NCBI GenBank assembly: GCA_045837725.1
Contig: JBEWZL010000239.1
Span: forward strand, 310,001-374,000
DNA length: 64,000 bases
Direction: 5' to 3'
DNA from: Vermamoeba vermiformis
Lineage: Eukaryota
Shown here: one piece after another, positions 50,495 through 64,000 of the stretch
Numbering within the stretch: position 1 is the first letter of the stretch
How the letters are laid out: each line of letters begins with the position of its first letter
Made by a program: the position numbers and the translations under genes
Notes under the pieces: model-generated
Told to the model about the DNA's origin: nothing
Seen by the model: only the letters and a program-made list of their open reading frames with translations
The model's database searches: none

Positions 50495-51544
50495 TTATTT
50501 TTCAGCGTCCAAAGCGCGGTTGAAGCCACCACGACGATTCATGTACTGGCGATAAGATCTCTTGGACTTTTTAACATTAGCGACTACATCGACATTACCA
50601 TCAACATGTTGGCCCTTAGTCGATGTAAAGCCAGTTGGAATGCCTAACGCTGCCATCATCGCTTCTTCGCTGTTCGGATCGAGATTGCTGAGATCAACTT
50701 GACCGGATTTAGATCCGCTGCCGTGTTTGTGGTCTTTATCGTGCTTCTTATGATCACCCCCGTGTTTATTATCATCGCCATTTCGCTTATCACGCGAATC
50801 TCTTTCTTTACTTTTGCTACGAGATCGCGTCCTAAAAAAACTTAATTAGATCTCAATTCCAACAAACAATATGCAAATATGAATATTATTATTATATGTT
50901 ATGCTAGTATGGCATTTACCTTCGGCGTTTTCTATCGCGTTCTTCGCTTCTGCTGCGAGATCTTTTTCGCTTTCGATCGTCGCGATCTCTTTCTTTATGA
51001 TCTCTATCTCTGTGCTCTCTATCTCGGTCCTTATGATCCCTGTCTTTATCTCTATGCTCTCTATCCTTATCTCTATGTTCTCTGTCTTTATCTTTGTGAT
51101 CTCTGTCTCGATCGTCTCTTTTACGATCCCGGTCTCTGTCACTGCGCTTTTTATCGTCTTTTTTTTCTTCCTTAGCCTTAGATATTAACGAGATATCTCG
51201 ACCAAATTCATCGAGCTGTGGTCCTATACAAAAAAATGTCGATCAGAAAGGTGAATTACAGCACGTTTAAAAATAAAATAATTACCATAAAATTCATATA
51301 TTATTCTTCTAAGAATTATTATCGACCTTAAACGGAATTATGAGAAAGTAGAATATTAACATAATATTTGAAGTTTTATAGATCGAAACAGCACGATATT
51401 GTAGCGTAAAAATATCGCGTAAATATTATTAAATAATTTTTTTGGATGTTATTTAGCTAATGAAATGAATTACAATAAAACTAAATTCGTTTGTGAGTTT
51501 TACACGTCATCTGCCAACGGAAGATACTTACTGTGGTCACTCAT
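50495..51544 (-). CDS. SNRNP27: U4/U6.U5 tri-snRNP 27 kDa protein
   Basis: RD/RS-rich N-terminal half; MMAALGIPTGFTSTKGQHV...YRQYMNRRGGFNRALD. Confidence 0.95.
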
Positions 51545-51821
51545 TGTATATGTACTATGCTATATGCAGTGTGTTCTTATTAAAATATAATCATAAAAAG
51601 AAAAAGCAAGTTTTTAGGTTTAGTTGAATTTTCCTTGCCTACGCAAAAAGTCAGCCGTTGACCAGGGACGAAAATTACCAGTTCTTAGGGACGCCTGGGT
51701 ACAAACTACAATACTATTATTATTACAGTAAGTGAGATTATAATCCTGGCCTCTAGTACTAAGAGATCTTATGCTTCCCGCCGGAACAGATTTGAATTCT
51801 AGAGACTAACGAGAAACGAAC

Positions 51822-52258
51822 ATGTTCGTGAATGATAATATGAGAATCACATATGAAGGTAATAATTTAACTGCCTCTAGTCCTTTTTATAGCGTTTATC
51901 CAATTAACTAGGCTGCTAAATCTGCAAAGTTCAGATCTTTCAGTTGACTGAAACCAAACTAAACTAGTATTAAATTGCTAATATCTGTACAGGCGATTAT
52001 ACACCTACTTATTTGCCTAAAGATGTCATTAATTGGACAACGGAAGAAGTGGCTGATTGGGCACGAAGAGACTTGGACTTTGACGACGAAGATATAGCGC
52101 TGTTGATGGAGGCAAAACTCAACGGTCGCAAACTCCTTCGCATCAACGATTCGGAAGAGCTGGTTAAAATGAAGTTTGTTTTGGGGCCTATTTTGGATCT
52201 GCGGCATGAGATCTACAAACTGAGGAAGTTACTAAGTAAACCAGGTGTGCGCAAATAA
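51822..52258 (+). CDS. Small SAM-domain protein; start uncertain
   Basis: VINWTTEEVADWA...LNGRKLLRI..EELVKM...GP. Confidence 0.7.
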
Positions 52259-52662
52259 CCCCTTGTTGTAACAACCATGCGCAGAATATAATTTACGGTG
52301 GATATTCGATGTCCAAACGCAGATCATTTGGCGTCTTGCTTTCAATAAACACAAACATGGCATAATGGTTGTGAATTACCCTTTTTAATGGGACCTTTGG
52401 CATAATAGGTAGTATTTAAGCATATTATTAGTATTAAAAATCTCCAACATCGTCCATGCGCCCGGGTTGCGAGATGCGTTACTTGTCATTGATAATCCCC
52501 ACTTCTTTTGTTACCGATTGTTCTTAGAGCTCTTGTATTGTACTGGCGATCAATTAATTAGATGTTCGGCAGGCCAGCTGTCCAAAAAAATTGTTGAATT
52601 TTCCTTCGACGCATTATCTTACCAACGGCGTCAGAGATCCAGCACAAAATAATATTTATATA

Positions 52663-55015
52663 ATGTACCATATACATAGGATCCTAAGAAGATCGTCAGA
52701 GACGGCCAGCAGATTAACTGCAAGAAAGATAAATAGATCGGCTCCATCTCTCTTTGTCCGGTCACAATCAACAGAAAATAAATCAAACGCAACGAACCCT
52801 ATTGAAATAAAATTTTCCGAATATTTTAAAGGTAAAAATACGGCAAAATAGAAGATATTTATTAAAATTGAAAAATAAATAATTCGTGAAACGGCATCCA
52901 GCGTTTGACTAATAGTATTAATGAAATAATAGGCCAAATGATACCATTGGAAAAGGATCTAAGATTATTAATGCAAGAAGCAATTAAAACTGAACGAGAT
53001 CAAGGCGACTTCGTGCCTGAAAACTTGACAAAATTGCTCTGCAAAGTTTACAGTGGCTTAGATTTGGTAACTATACTGCCAATACACTATATATAGTATT
53101 AATACTTCTCTTTTACAAAGATGAACAAGAAAAATTTTTACTCGATCTTGTCACGCGAACTAGGCACGGACAATAATAGCTTAATTAAGGCTGCAAATGC
53201 GTTGATTAATTCTAAGGTATACTTAGACTATACTATATACTATGATTATACTTAATCATGCGTACATAGGATCGTGAAGAATCGACAATAGTCGCATCCG
53301 AAAACAATTTGCGACACGCAATAACTCCGCTTTATGAAAAAGTATAGCATTGGTATACCATATAGATTACTAATACTAACGTATGGTATTATAGTTATTC
53401 ATGAATATTAATTCTCAACCCGATGGCATGAAATTTTTGGTTGACATGCGCAAAGATTTATTGGTACGGCGTAACAAACATTTCATTTGCAGATTTCCCA
53501 TTCATGAAATTATAATGCCAGCAATGCCATATTATCTTTGCACAAATTCGCAATGTTAACCCATTAACTAAAGCGTGACATGCGGTCAAAATTTTAAGCG
53601 GATCTAACTTGTAAAATGTAGGAAATTATGAACGTATCAAAAGACGCAAAATCAGACGCAAAATTAAAAGGTTTGGGTGAAAATTTGAAGAATTTATTGG
53701 GCCAGTGGTTCGGCATTGGATTTTTGCAACTTGAACGAATCACGTGGAACCAACCTGCAGCGATATTAGAAAGAGTAATAACTATACTATATGTCATATA
53801 TGAATAATATACTAATAGAATTATAGATAATTAATTACTCTTCGGTTGTTCATCCAATCGGATCTTGGATGGACCTGAAAGCTAGACTAGGCCAAGGCAG
53901 AAGATGCTTTGCATTCTTTCATCCTTCAATGCCAGGAGGTCTGTCCTATTATCATATTTAGTAATATTAACTGATCTAACTTTATATTCAGAGCCGCTCG
54001 TGTTCATCGAAGTAGGCTTGACGCACGAAATTTCAACAAAAATTGAGGTACTGTACATTTTACTGGACTATTATAGCCATAATATTATCATATTAGATGC
54101 CGCTTACTAATAATTTAACCTATTAGCCGTTATTAAAAGCCAGTACAATCGAGGAAGAATCAGCGACAACAGCGATATTTTACGCGATCAATTCAACGCA
54201 GCCAGGTACTTTACTAATAATATTAAATTGTTACTTCGATATAATAACCAATATATACGATGTTAATAGGTCTATCTGGAATTGACTTGGGTCACTTATT
54301 GATCAAACGAGTAGTTTATGAATTACAAAAAGAATTGCCTAGTAAGCGGATAGACACACTAAGTAATATGAGTAATATTAACTTAATTTAAATAGACTTG
54401 AAGGTGTTTAGTACCCTGTCACCTATTCCTGGATTCGCTTCATGGCTCGAATCAAAATTAGCGTTCGAACTTCAACCAGACAACAAATTCTCAGAGAAAT
54501 CAGCGTTGTTGAATGAAAACGAAATTAAATCATTGCAAAACTTAGATAGGACGGCCTCCCCGCCCGTTCAAATATTAACGGTAAGCAGATCCACCTCGAG
54601 AATACTTTTAGATGCTGACTTTTCGTAAGGACCTTCTTAAATCCAATTGGCAAAACGATGCTGAGAAAGTTAAAGTATTAAAGCCCATATTAATGCGATT
54701 ATGCGCGAGATATCTTGCCGTAGAAAAGAAGAGAAGTCTCGCCATTGATCCAGTACGAAAAATTTCCTTTTATGGAAAATCTTCTTCATTAATTCTAATG
54801 ATGTTTCTTAGGTTGCAAACTTCCATTTAAGAAACGGCGCTCAATTGTATCAAATAAATTGGTTAGCGGATCTTAGCGCTAAAAGAATGAAACAATCGTA
54901 CGGCTTGATGGTCAACTACAAGTACAACTTGGATGAGCTGCGACAAAATAACGAAGATTATTTATTAAGGAATACTATTAATACGTCGTCAGTCGTTAAG
55001 TCCTTGTTACAATAA
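52663..55015 (+). CDS. MLYCD: Malonyl-CoA decarboxylase, multi-exon, with a mitochondrial-type presequence
   Basis: GMKFLVDMR, LERITW, VHP..SW.DLK.RL, EPLVFIEVGL, AIFYAI, GIDLGHLLIKRV, FSTLSPIPGF, DPVANFHLRNGA and GLMVNY. Confidence 0.95.
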
Positions 55016-55126
55016 ACCGCCTCAGTTGCGAAGCAGAAAAATCTGCGGATCAGATCTCAAAACTTAAATTTAGAAATTCGAATCGTTCATTTTTATTCAC
55101 AGTAGTATAATATTATATTTAAATGC

Positions 55127-56202
55127 TTATTTCTTCTTTTTAGCGGCATTAGGTCCGCTTGCAGTAAACCAACCATCGTCATCAGGCTCATTCTTTGCTG
55201 GTTTCTTAGCAGGAGCAGGTGTAGGTGTATTATTATTGTTATTATTAGTATTTGATTCGTTATTATTATCATCTTCTTCTTCGCCGCTCTCGTCATCGCT
55301 GCCGCTGTCAGATCCGTCGTTATTATCAGTACCACTAATATCCATCTTCTTCGCTCGTTGAGTTAATAGACTAACATCTTCTGATCTATATAAATATACA
55401 CTAGGTCGTTCTTCGTCCGGAATAGGGAATTGGGAAGGTTTCTACCAAGAAAATGAATTAGATCCTCTTGAGATCGAACAAAAAAAATTGGCTTATTTAA
55501 TCTTGTGTTTACCTTTCCACCAAATACTTTATCGTTGGGTGACATAGTATAGCATTTTTTCAAGAAATCGTTAATTTCCTTCATATCGCCTTCCATGCAC
55601 TTGTCGTAGATCCGGACGGCTAAACTAGCAATCTAAACAATCATTAGAATGATCGTTATTATTTTCCATATATAGATGCCGTACCTTACTACCGCTACCA
55701 TCTTGTACGATTGTATGAATTTGTGTTTGCAAGAAATCATCGAGCAGATCTTCAATGTCGAATTGATTTGCTTTCTTGTTACCTGAATAAATTTATTAAC
55801 ATAAATTATTAATTTTAGTATTGGATCATACCATTGAACATATCGATGATGGTTTCATACAAATCCCAAATTTTCTCGAGAGTTCTTCTGTGTCCGCCAC
55901 CAAATCCGTTCTCACTCTGCCAATAAATTTTTAAATATTTATTTTACGGTATTAAAATTCAGTATAAATATACTATGCCTGTTTCAGGTCGAATTGGATT
56001 TTGTAAATTTATTTGCGATCACGATCCGGTTTTCTATTGGATGCTACGCCGATTAAAATTAAACACTTACTGCCATAATTAAAGTAGGCCATGTGGACAG
56101 CAAAACCTTTAATGCGACCTCAAAAGCTTCTTGTAATGTGTCTTGATCCAACTCCATCGGCGTTGCGATCTGATTCGTTTCTTGGGCTTGAGGCTTTTCC
56201 AT
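55127..56202 (-). CDS. TSR2: Pre-rRNA-processing protein TSR2
   Basis: FEVALKVLLSTWPTLIMA-SENGFGG, DIEDLL...F.T..QDGS, acidic tail with DDDGWFT. Confidence 0.85.
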
Positions 56203-56432
56203 GCTGTATTATCGATCTATATGTTGCAACCAACAATGAACTAAAACAATTTTGAGGTAGAGGACCCAATCGCACAACTTTGTAGCCCTGGTAAAAGACG
56301 ATCAAACGAATCTGCATGCTTTGTTTTGAAAGCGGTTTATGAAATGACACAAGTCTTATTATCTGTATTAGTAGCGTTAATAATCTCGACTTTCTGACCA
56401 GTAGACGACACAATCACGTTACTCGGTGGTTG

Positions 56433-59400
56433 TCATAAAGGCACGATCAGCGAGTTGTGTAACGTCTTTTCTTCTTTCTTCTTATTCTGCTTAGGCGGTT
56501 TTTTCTCCTTAATTTTAATCTCGTCGCCGAACATTTTCACCATCATCTCGCAAGAATCTGATACGGCTCGTTTAGCGCCACTCACAAGTTGACCAAAGTT
56601 CATGAATCCGTGAGGCAAGGACTTGTACAAATGATACTCGTACTTCTTGCCAATCTTCTCTAGTCTATATCTGAACCTCGTAGTGTCGTCAAGTAACGGA
56701 TCCAAGCCAGCCGAAACAATAGTGAGGCGATCCGGCAATTGTTTCAGCAACTCGTCTGAAGCGTACAAGGGCGAGATGAGCGGATCTGTTCGTGGATTGA
56801 TATCTGGCGGGACGTAGGCTTGAAGGCAAACCATAAGGAAGTAGTACGGAATGACGATATCGTTCATGTAGAGGCAACGAGAGGGTGTAACAGTTGGAGA
56901 CACATCCACTGCTGGATAAAACATTACGAGACCGTCTGGCTTTCGTACGCCTTCCATAATAGCCTAATAACAATATATTAATGATACGTCGTTATAACAT
57001 TCAACTGAGGAGTCCCCAATAATTACCTTCAAAGTGACAGTCAATGCGAAGTTTCCACCAGCACTGTCACCCGTGACAATAATCTTGCTGGGCTTAATAC
57101 CTATAAACAAGATTAGGGGCCGCAAGCTAATATAAATACTATAGGTCCGTACCCAATGGGTTTCCTTCTAATAGCCAGCGATAGACATAAAAACACTCTT
57201 CTAGCGCGAGAGGGTATTGAGCTTCAGGAGCTAGCGTGTAATCGACCGAGAACACAATGGCCGATGTTTCTTTGGCCCATTCACGCAAATATACCTCGTG
57301 AGTGGCAGCGTTGCCTGACACGAAACCTCCTCCGTGGAAATGAAGAATGATCGGCACGGGCACAGGCTCTTCTCCTTGCGCGTAGACAGGCAAGTGTGCT
57401 GATGACTTGCGTCGCTCTTCTTCTTCTTGACGCTTTAACTCAGCTAGTCTTTCTTTCTTCTCACGTTCTTCTTTCAATAGTGAATCGGTGCGATCAGTAA
57501 ACTTCATCCTAACATCAATCGTAAGAACATTTCTATCGATCAGACGCACGTGCATCAGTAAGTACCTTTCTTTCCACGCCTGTTTGTCCTTGAACTCGTT
57601 TTCGATAAGAATCTCGTATGATTTGCTTCTTGGTCGCTCTTTCTTTTGAACAGTGATGCCAAGCACAGGGTCATCGTTGATTCGCTTAGCGTAAATGACA
57701 CGTGTCTTTTCGTTGTCACTGTCGGACGAATTTGATTGGCTGCTACCTTTGCGCGAATGTCTGTGATGCTCTGTGTGCTCTTTCTGCTCTCTGAGTTCTC
57801 GGTTATTGTTGTTGTTACCATTAGCCCCATTAGCAACTTCAGTCGTGTATGACTTGGCTTCAGAATGCACGTGCTCTTTCTTTGCCTCGTCTTTTGACAG
57901 CGTCAGGTGTGTCTTTTCAGCGACCTCCTTGTCAGTCACGACAACTTCTTTGCTGTCTCGTTTAGTCAAAGGTGAGGCACCGACTAACGGCAAATCGGAT
58001 TTGTTTGGCTTGTCGTCCTCGGGCGAAATGACTTTGCTCGTCTTGACCGTTGAAACTTCGACTTTATCTCCTTTTTTGGTAACAGTCGTTGACTCAGTTA
58101 CTTTCCTAGAATAAGAATTAGTGCCACGAGTCATTTTTTAATGAGAAGATATGACTTACTTTACAGTGGTCTTCAACTCTTTCGGGATCTTGAATGGCAA
58201 TGGAACAGCTGAAACAATCCTCACGGGGATAGGTCCGCCATTAGGACGTTGAACAACGATTCGTTCGCTCACTTTGGAAAGTTGTTTGTTGACGACATTT
58301 AATAGCCGGCCAACAGTACTTTCCTCATCAAAGTGCCACAGTTGTTTGAGCAGTTCAATATTTGCTTCTTTTTGGCATAATTCTTGTTGCTAAAAACAGT
58401 CGAATTAATTCTCCGAACCACTGCAAATATTCCGATCGGACTTACCAAGCGAGTATTGTTTCGCCAAAGTGTACCGAGGGTGCTCGTAGCTAATGAAAAT
58501 GGCTTGAATATACCCTCGCGCTTATATGTTTTTCCGACTACGGAGAATAAGAAGTTCATAGCTTCTTTTAGCTTTACAAGCCCGTCATCATACTAAAGAT
58601 AGAAAATCAATTCAAATTCGGCAAATAATAAATTTTGAATTTCAACGGAAGATCGTGTAACTCTGTAAATAAGTAGTAATATATTGCATTGTATTTAATG
58701 GTTACCTTGTACCAAAAAGGTTGGACGAATAAGCCGGATTTAACGATGTCCAGAATATCTTCATTTTTGAATTTGTCGTTATCGTATGATGTTAAAGTCA
58801 TTACAGGAAGTACTCGCGCCTACAATAAAAAATGTGTTCAATAAAAATTTCGAATTTTTCTAAGGCCTACAAAGCGACTTTATGATTTTTAAATTGCAAT
58901 ATTAAAGCCAAAAATAATAATTACCAAGGTGAGCAAATCTTCGTGGAAATATTCGATGTCTTCCAATATAGCGCCTTTTTTCCAATTTCTAGCAATTTTT
59001 TGGTCGATCGACTCGTCTGGAGGGATGTCGGGTAGCTTCTCGATGGTTTTCCGCATAACATTCAATGCACGCCTTAGTTGGTAAAAATATACTTCCCAAC
59101 CTCCTCGGCAATCATATTTACAATTCTTTCTTTCGCTTAAGTCGCGTAGATGCTCGGCCAATACTTCAAACGTATCCAAAACCTTTAGCAACCATTGTGT
59201 AGTTGATTTACTTTTGTTGAGGTAAAAATTAAGCTTTCTATGAGTGAGTGCAATATTATCCTTGGTCGTTCCGAGCATAGTCGTCGCGATCCAGATAATA
59301 CTGAGATTCGGAAGATCTTCATCCAGCTCTGAATGATCGTTATTTATGTTGATGTTGTTAATACTTCGTTTGGAAGTTGTTTTTGGTGAATTTTTCTCCA

Positions 59401-59452
59401 TATTTACAGGTTGCTGTGGTTTACCATAGCTTTTTTGCTTTAAATTTGACAT
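56433..59452 (-). CDS. Hormone-sensitive lipase-like GDXG hydrolase
   Basis: HFHGGGFV, VDYTLAPE, TGDSAGGN, DPLLDD and LPHGF. Confidence 0.9.
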
Positions 59453-59566
59453 TTTTTACGTTTTTTCAATTTTAAACGGGCCCGTTCCCAAAAATTTAGT
59501 GGCCCGATATTTTGTAAGTTAGAATAAATTCAAATAATGCATGTAGTGTCCTATTGCAAAGTCGCT

Positions 59567-62500
59567 TTATTGCGATTTGTTTACGGCATTCCATCGGCCT
59601 TGATCTTCAAGGATTAAAACATCGTAGAATGGTTCAACTGTCTTAACAATCACCTCTATCGTTTCAGACTTCTTATGAGGTCGCTTTGTCATCATTTTCA
59701 CTTGCAAGCCAAAATTCAAGAGCATAACGGTGATTTCCGACTTCGCATCTCCGCCTTCCATAACAAAGGCTTTAAACGGCAACTTCGGCGATGTCTTGAC
59801 TTGCTCGGCGATGCATTGAAGGACCCAGAATCGTTCGCTCAATCGCTGCAAGTTTTGGATGTCCGTCAATCGATTACTGACCGCGGGAATAAGTTGGATA
59901 AGATCATATTCCGTTATGGGCGCAATTTCCTTTCGTAATATGGACTTGATTTGATAATGATTGAGAAGATCCCCATATCTACGAAGCGGTGAAGTCACTT
60001 GGCAGTAGCCCGAAAGACCCAAGCCTTGGTGGATGCTGCGCTTGGATGTGATGGTCATTGGACCTAACCCCTTCGAGTTCTCCATTTGCTCTACGATAAT
60101 CATAGGTCGCTTCATGAGTTCCTTTGACTCGTCAATGTCTTCTTGCATCAAGCCGTTGCTAGCCTTTTGGGTCGATTTGCTGATGCGAGGCTGAGTGCGG
60201 AAGAGACCCGGGACCTTGTTGTGGAATAAAAAGTCCGCAGCTACTTCACCGGCAAGGAGCATGAATTCAGTGATGATGCCACGAGAGTTCTTAGTAAAGT
60301 CGTGGCTAATACGGTAGTTGATCTTCGCATCTCCCTTCTCGTGGTCGATCTTGATGTCGGGTCTCGGGATATTAGAGAATACGGCACCTCTCTCGGTTCT
60401 AAGCAATCTTCTGCGGCGTGCCATATCTTCAAACTTCTTCAGCACGTTCAGATAGTTAGCTTTGACAGATTTGAGTCGCTCGTCAAAAACTGGCTTATTA
60501 AAGAGAATGTTGTCCAACTCTTCGTAGGTTAATCGATGCACATTCTCTACTAAGCTCGGTGTAACGAAGTACCGCTCAACAGCACCATCAGGCGAGAGCT
60601 TGATAGAGAAAGTCAGCACCGAGGATTGTTTGCCTGGCAGAATGCTCAAGAGCTGCTCGCTGAGAGAATCAGGCAACATGTGGAACGTTCGATCGGGCAA
60701 GAAGATAGAGCTGCAGCGTAGACGTGCTAGCTTGTCAAGTGGGTCTCCCATCTGGATGTAGCGCGTGGGATCAGAGACGTGGATGTACAACCAGTCATCG
60801 CCGACATCGTCCGTAAACAAGCTGATAGCATCATCTACGTCGGTGTGCGCGAGGTTGTTGTCAATTGCGAAGACAGGCATCTGAGTAAGGTCTCGTCTGA
60901 TATTCTTGTCAGGATCTACGTAACGGTTAGTTTTTTATTTGCGGCGGGAATAGAGTCTAAATACCTGGATAAGGGTCATTGACGATTTCGCTAGCGGATT
61001 GGATGGCTTCTTGAGGGTAGGCCAATGGGAATGCTGTAAAGCGCAGGACGTGTGGGTTTTCTAACGGGTGCCAGATGCCGAGTTTGGCTAGCAGGTGGAA
61101 CGCGTCGAGCGGGCGAGCACCAAAGCCCAGTGGCTCCAAGAACTCTTTTGATATGGTTGGATCGACCACCTCCCACGAGGTCTTCAAGGCATAGCTCTTC
61201 AACTCGGTCATAAAGTCTGGATCTGTGTCCTTGTTGAACTCGATCTTCTGTTCGGGTATCTTTCCGTCAATCATATCGAGCTTCATCTTCAGTCTTTCAA
61301 CAAAAGCTTTGCGCGCCTGCTTGTGTTTCTTCATTCCTTCTTCAACAACACGGATCGAAGCCAGTTCTTCTTCAGATTTGACTTCGAACGTGCCACGCGA
61401 TCCGGTAAAGAAGTACAGAGGGTGTGAGGCGAGTACAGTATGCGCGACATAGACTTTGAACGCATCGATCTCCTCTAAAATAAAAGAGGTGAGTACTAAG
61501 GCAAAAAAAGAAATGGGTGGTGGAGGTCCAAAGCTCCCAAAGGTTCTCCGTTCGAACGGATCCAATCTATCGAATTGAAACTAACAAGTATGGTATAATG
61601 TGCTATTATTGGCGCGATTTACCGGGCCGCTACTAAACAGGCACCGAAACTATGGTCGTTCTGTAAATCCAATTTGTCGTAGAAACTATCTTCTAGATTT
61701 AGGGCCTAAGAATGATCAACGTGATTTCAATCGAAATTTGTTTTGTATTGTCTATATACAAATTTCATACGGAACTTGCTGCATAGATGAAGATGATGTA
61801 GAAGTGAATTGCTTGCAAATGCAACTTTCACTCCACCACCCTACATCCAGCTCGGTCGCGAGATTAATTTATTGTTCAGCCAAAAACACGCCAAATTTTG
61901 TTTTGGGAATCAGAACGCTGTCTCGGTGCACTGGATAAGCATTGGGCTCGAGGATATTGATTTGGAAGGAAATATAAGACCTCAAAGCGAAATGGAACGG
62001 ATTTGAAGAATTTCGGAAAGTTCAATCTGGGAGGAATGGGACCTTTAAATAATTCTTTAAATGATCACTTACCATTGGGAAATAATATAGGTGCGATTTT
62101 ATGGCCTGAAGTTAATTTTACGCCTTGTTGAACCAAGTCTTTCCATATCTCCTCGACAATTTGCTCATCGAACTTTGCGGCGAGCTTCTTAGCCTCGCCT
62201 TCTTGGCTGCGCACCTGTTCGTGTGATAAAGGCACGGGTTCTTTGGGCCATTGGAACGAGAGTTGATATTTGTTGATCTTCTCCTCTTTGCCTTGCTGAT
62301 TTACGATCGCCCAGTGTCTGCGACCCATTGGACGTTGAATAATGCCAACATATCGTCTTCCATAAACGATATACTCGATGGGCGTGTCTTTATCTTCATA
62401 AGTGAATGACTCCGGATCTATGGCTACCTTGCCAACAAAATCCAGGTCTCTCACCGTGCAGAAAATTCGCAAAAATTTAGAAGCGGCCTTTTTCGGTGTT

Positions 62501-62607
62501 TTGAGTTGAGTGGGCAATATGCTGATATTATTGTTTATGAATATCAAATTATTTCCATTATTTTTCAAGATCCTTCTCGATGCTGCTCTGCACAACTGTC
62601 GTATCAT
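59567..62607 (-). CDS. RNase II/RNB-family exoribonuclease (Dss1-like), probably mitochondrial
   Basis: Presequence MIRQLCRAASRR; AID...DVDDAIS; IHVSDP; EFMLLAGE; HQGLGLSGYCQVTSPLRRYGDL. Confidence 0.9.
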
Positions 62608-62787
62608 TTCATTTCAGTTTAAAAGTAGATAAATAAATATATATATACAAAAACTTCGCTAGTTCGTCCTGCTCTGGTTTACAAAATGAGCTGAACAAAA
62701 AATAACGGTCGCTTCGATCCATTTTCATTAGCGCTTGTAAATAGACAACACGTCCGAGGACGTTCTTTATATTATATATTATTATAC

Positions 62788-64000
62788 ATGGGTAGTACCT
62801 TATCTACTCAGTCTGTACAATTAGAATCGTGTTTACACGATCTGCCTGGTATAACTTACGAGGCCAGCTTGGGCAAGAGCAGATTCTTAAAGACACTTCG
62901 ATGTATTCACGATGAAGGAACAGTGCTAGTAAAAGTCTATATTAAACCAAGCTCAGGAGGGACATTGGAAAAGTATGCCGAGAAGTTGAAAGGTAGAGAA
63001 TCAATTTATTTTGAAAATAATTAAAATTAATAATTGATTGATCATGAACGTAATTAACCTTAATTTTCTATTGAATATTAGAAATCAGAAATGCTGTTTC
63101 GATTTTTCATCACCCCAATATCCTCCCGTTCCAAATTTTTATGGAGACAGAAAAAGCAGGATTTATGATCCGTCAATACTTTTACAACAATTTGCACGAC
63201 AGAATAAGGTAAAATAATATTCGATAAATTAAATATTCAAATACTAAAATTGACCTTCTAGTACTCGACCATTTCTGACGCCTATTGAGAAAAAATGGAT
63301 CACCTATCAACTTTTATCAGCAGTAGAGCGACTTCATTTTTATGGCCAATGCCACGGTGATATCAAATTAGAAAATTTCTTGCTTACGAGTTGGAATTGG
63401 GTCTATTTATCTGATTTTGCTTGTTGCAAACCAACCTACATTCCAGAGGTAATTTATCGACTATATAATTAGCATAATAATGAGAACGTCTATTAAGTTT
63501 TGATTATTTAGGATAACCCTGTCGATTTTTCGTATTTTTTCGATTCCAGTGGTCGACGTGTTTGCTACATAGCTCCTGAACGGTTCATTGCTTCAGGCAA
63601 GAAACCCAACACCGAGCAACAAGAACTCGATCCTTTAATGGACGTCTTTAGTGTCGGGTACGTATACAATCGATTCTTATATAAGTAATTGAATTCTCAT
63701 TCGTTGAATAGCTGTGCCATTGCTGAGTTTTGGTTGGACGGCGTGCCAGTGTTCAATTATTCAGAGGCCGTTAGTTTCCGTAAAAAAGAGTACGATCCCT
63801 CACAGAAGATCAATCGTATCGAGGACTTGAACGTGCGAAATCTCGTTATGTCGATGATCCAATATGACAGAGACCAACGTGCCATTTGCTCTCAAGTGAT
63901 CAAAGACTGGTACGTGGAACAATTGCCTAGCCACGCATTTGGATTTATTTTTTAATATTTTGGGTTATGTAGGACCGGCAAGCTGTTCCCAGAGTACTTC
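62788..64000 (+). CDS. VPS15: Vps15/PIK3R4 kinase, 5' part; runs off the right end of the window
   Basis: Myristoylation-type [51 protein letters not shown] and CYIAPERF. Confidence 0.95.

Noticed and set aside
50846-51188. Overlapping hydrophobic or repetitive ORFs on both strands
   Set aside because: These are shadow frames of the RD-repeat exon of SNRNP27.
53217-53269. Donor GTATACTT in the malonyl-CoA decarboxylase gene as a possible U12 intron
   Set aside because: It lacks the CC at +5/+6 and a TCCTTAAC branch site, so it is treated as U2-type.
1-64000. CRISPR arrays, rRNA, tRNA, transposase or RT ORFs, alternative genetic code
   Set aside because: None seen. In-frame stops are explained by introns, and TAA, TAG and TGA all end genes normally.

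Overview
This is gene-dense, AT-rich eukaryotic DNA with many short spliceosomal introns and no prokaryotic operon or CRISPR signals. Gene content and a DUSE-like ncRNA promoter suggest an amoebozoan, which is an inference. About 35 protein genes can be assembled by hand across exons: Nup160, cyclin B, FolD, an FAD monooxygenase-like protein, a ubiquitin-like protein, a NAK kinase-ANTH-ArfGAP fusion, ABITRAM, SF3B5, AAR2, TMEM53, a CLU-TPR-pseudokinase, several secreted or GPI-type proteins, a bacterial-type GNAT, ALG5, TMEM222, a DnaJ, KXD1, SNRNP27, malonyl-CoA decarboxylase, TSR2, an HSL-like lipase, RNase II and VPS15. The most notable observations are: (1) an unassigned, highly structured RNA gene of about 310 nt (16043-16362, minus strand) with a DUSE-like element at about -65 and a T8 terminator; (2) a U12-type intron in a voltage-sensor-only gene; (3) a single gene joining a NAK kinase, ANTH and ArfGAP; (4) a CLU-TPR-AGC pseudokinase; (5) a TA-flanked MITE, a GC-AG intron, and frameshifted genes or pseudogenes. 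Exon boundaries were read by eye, and family calls come from motif recognition, not database searches.
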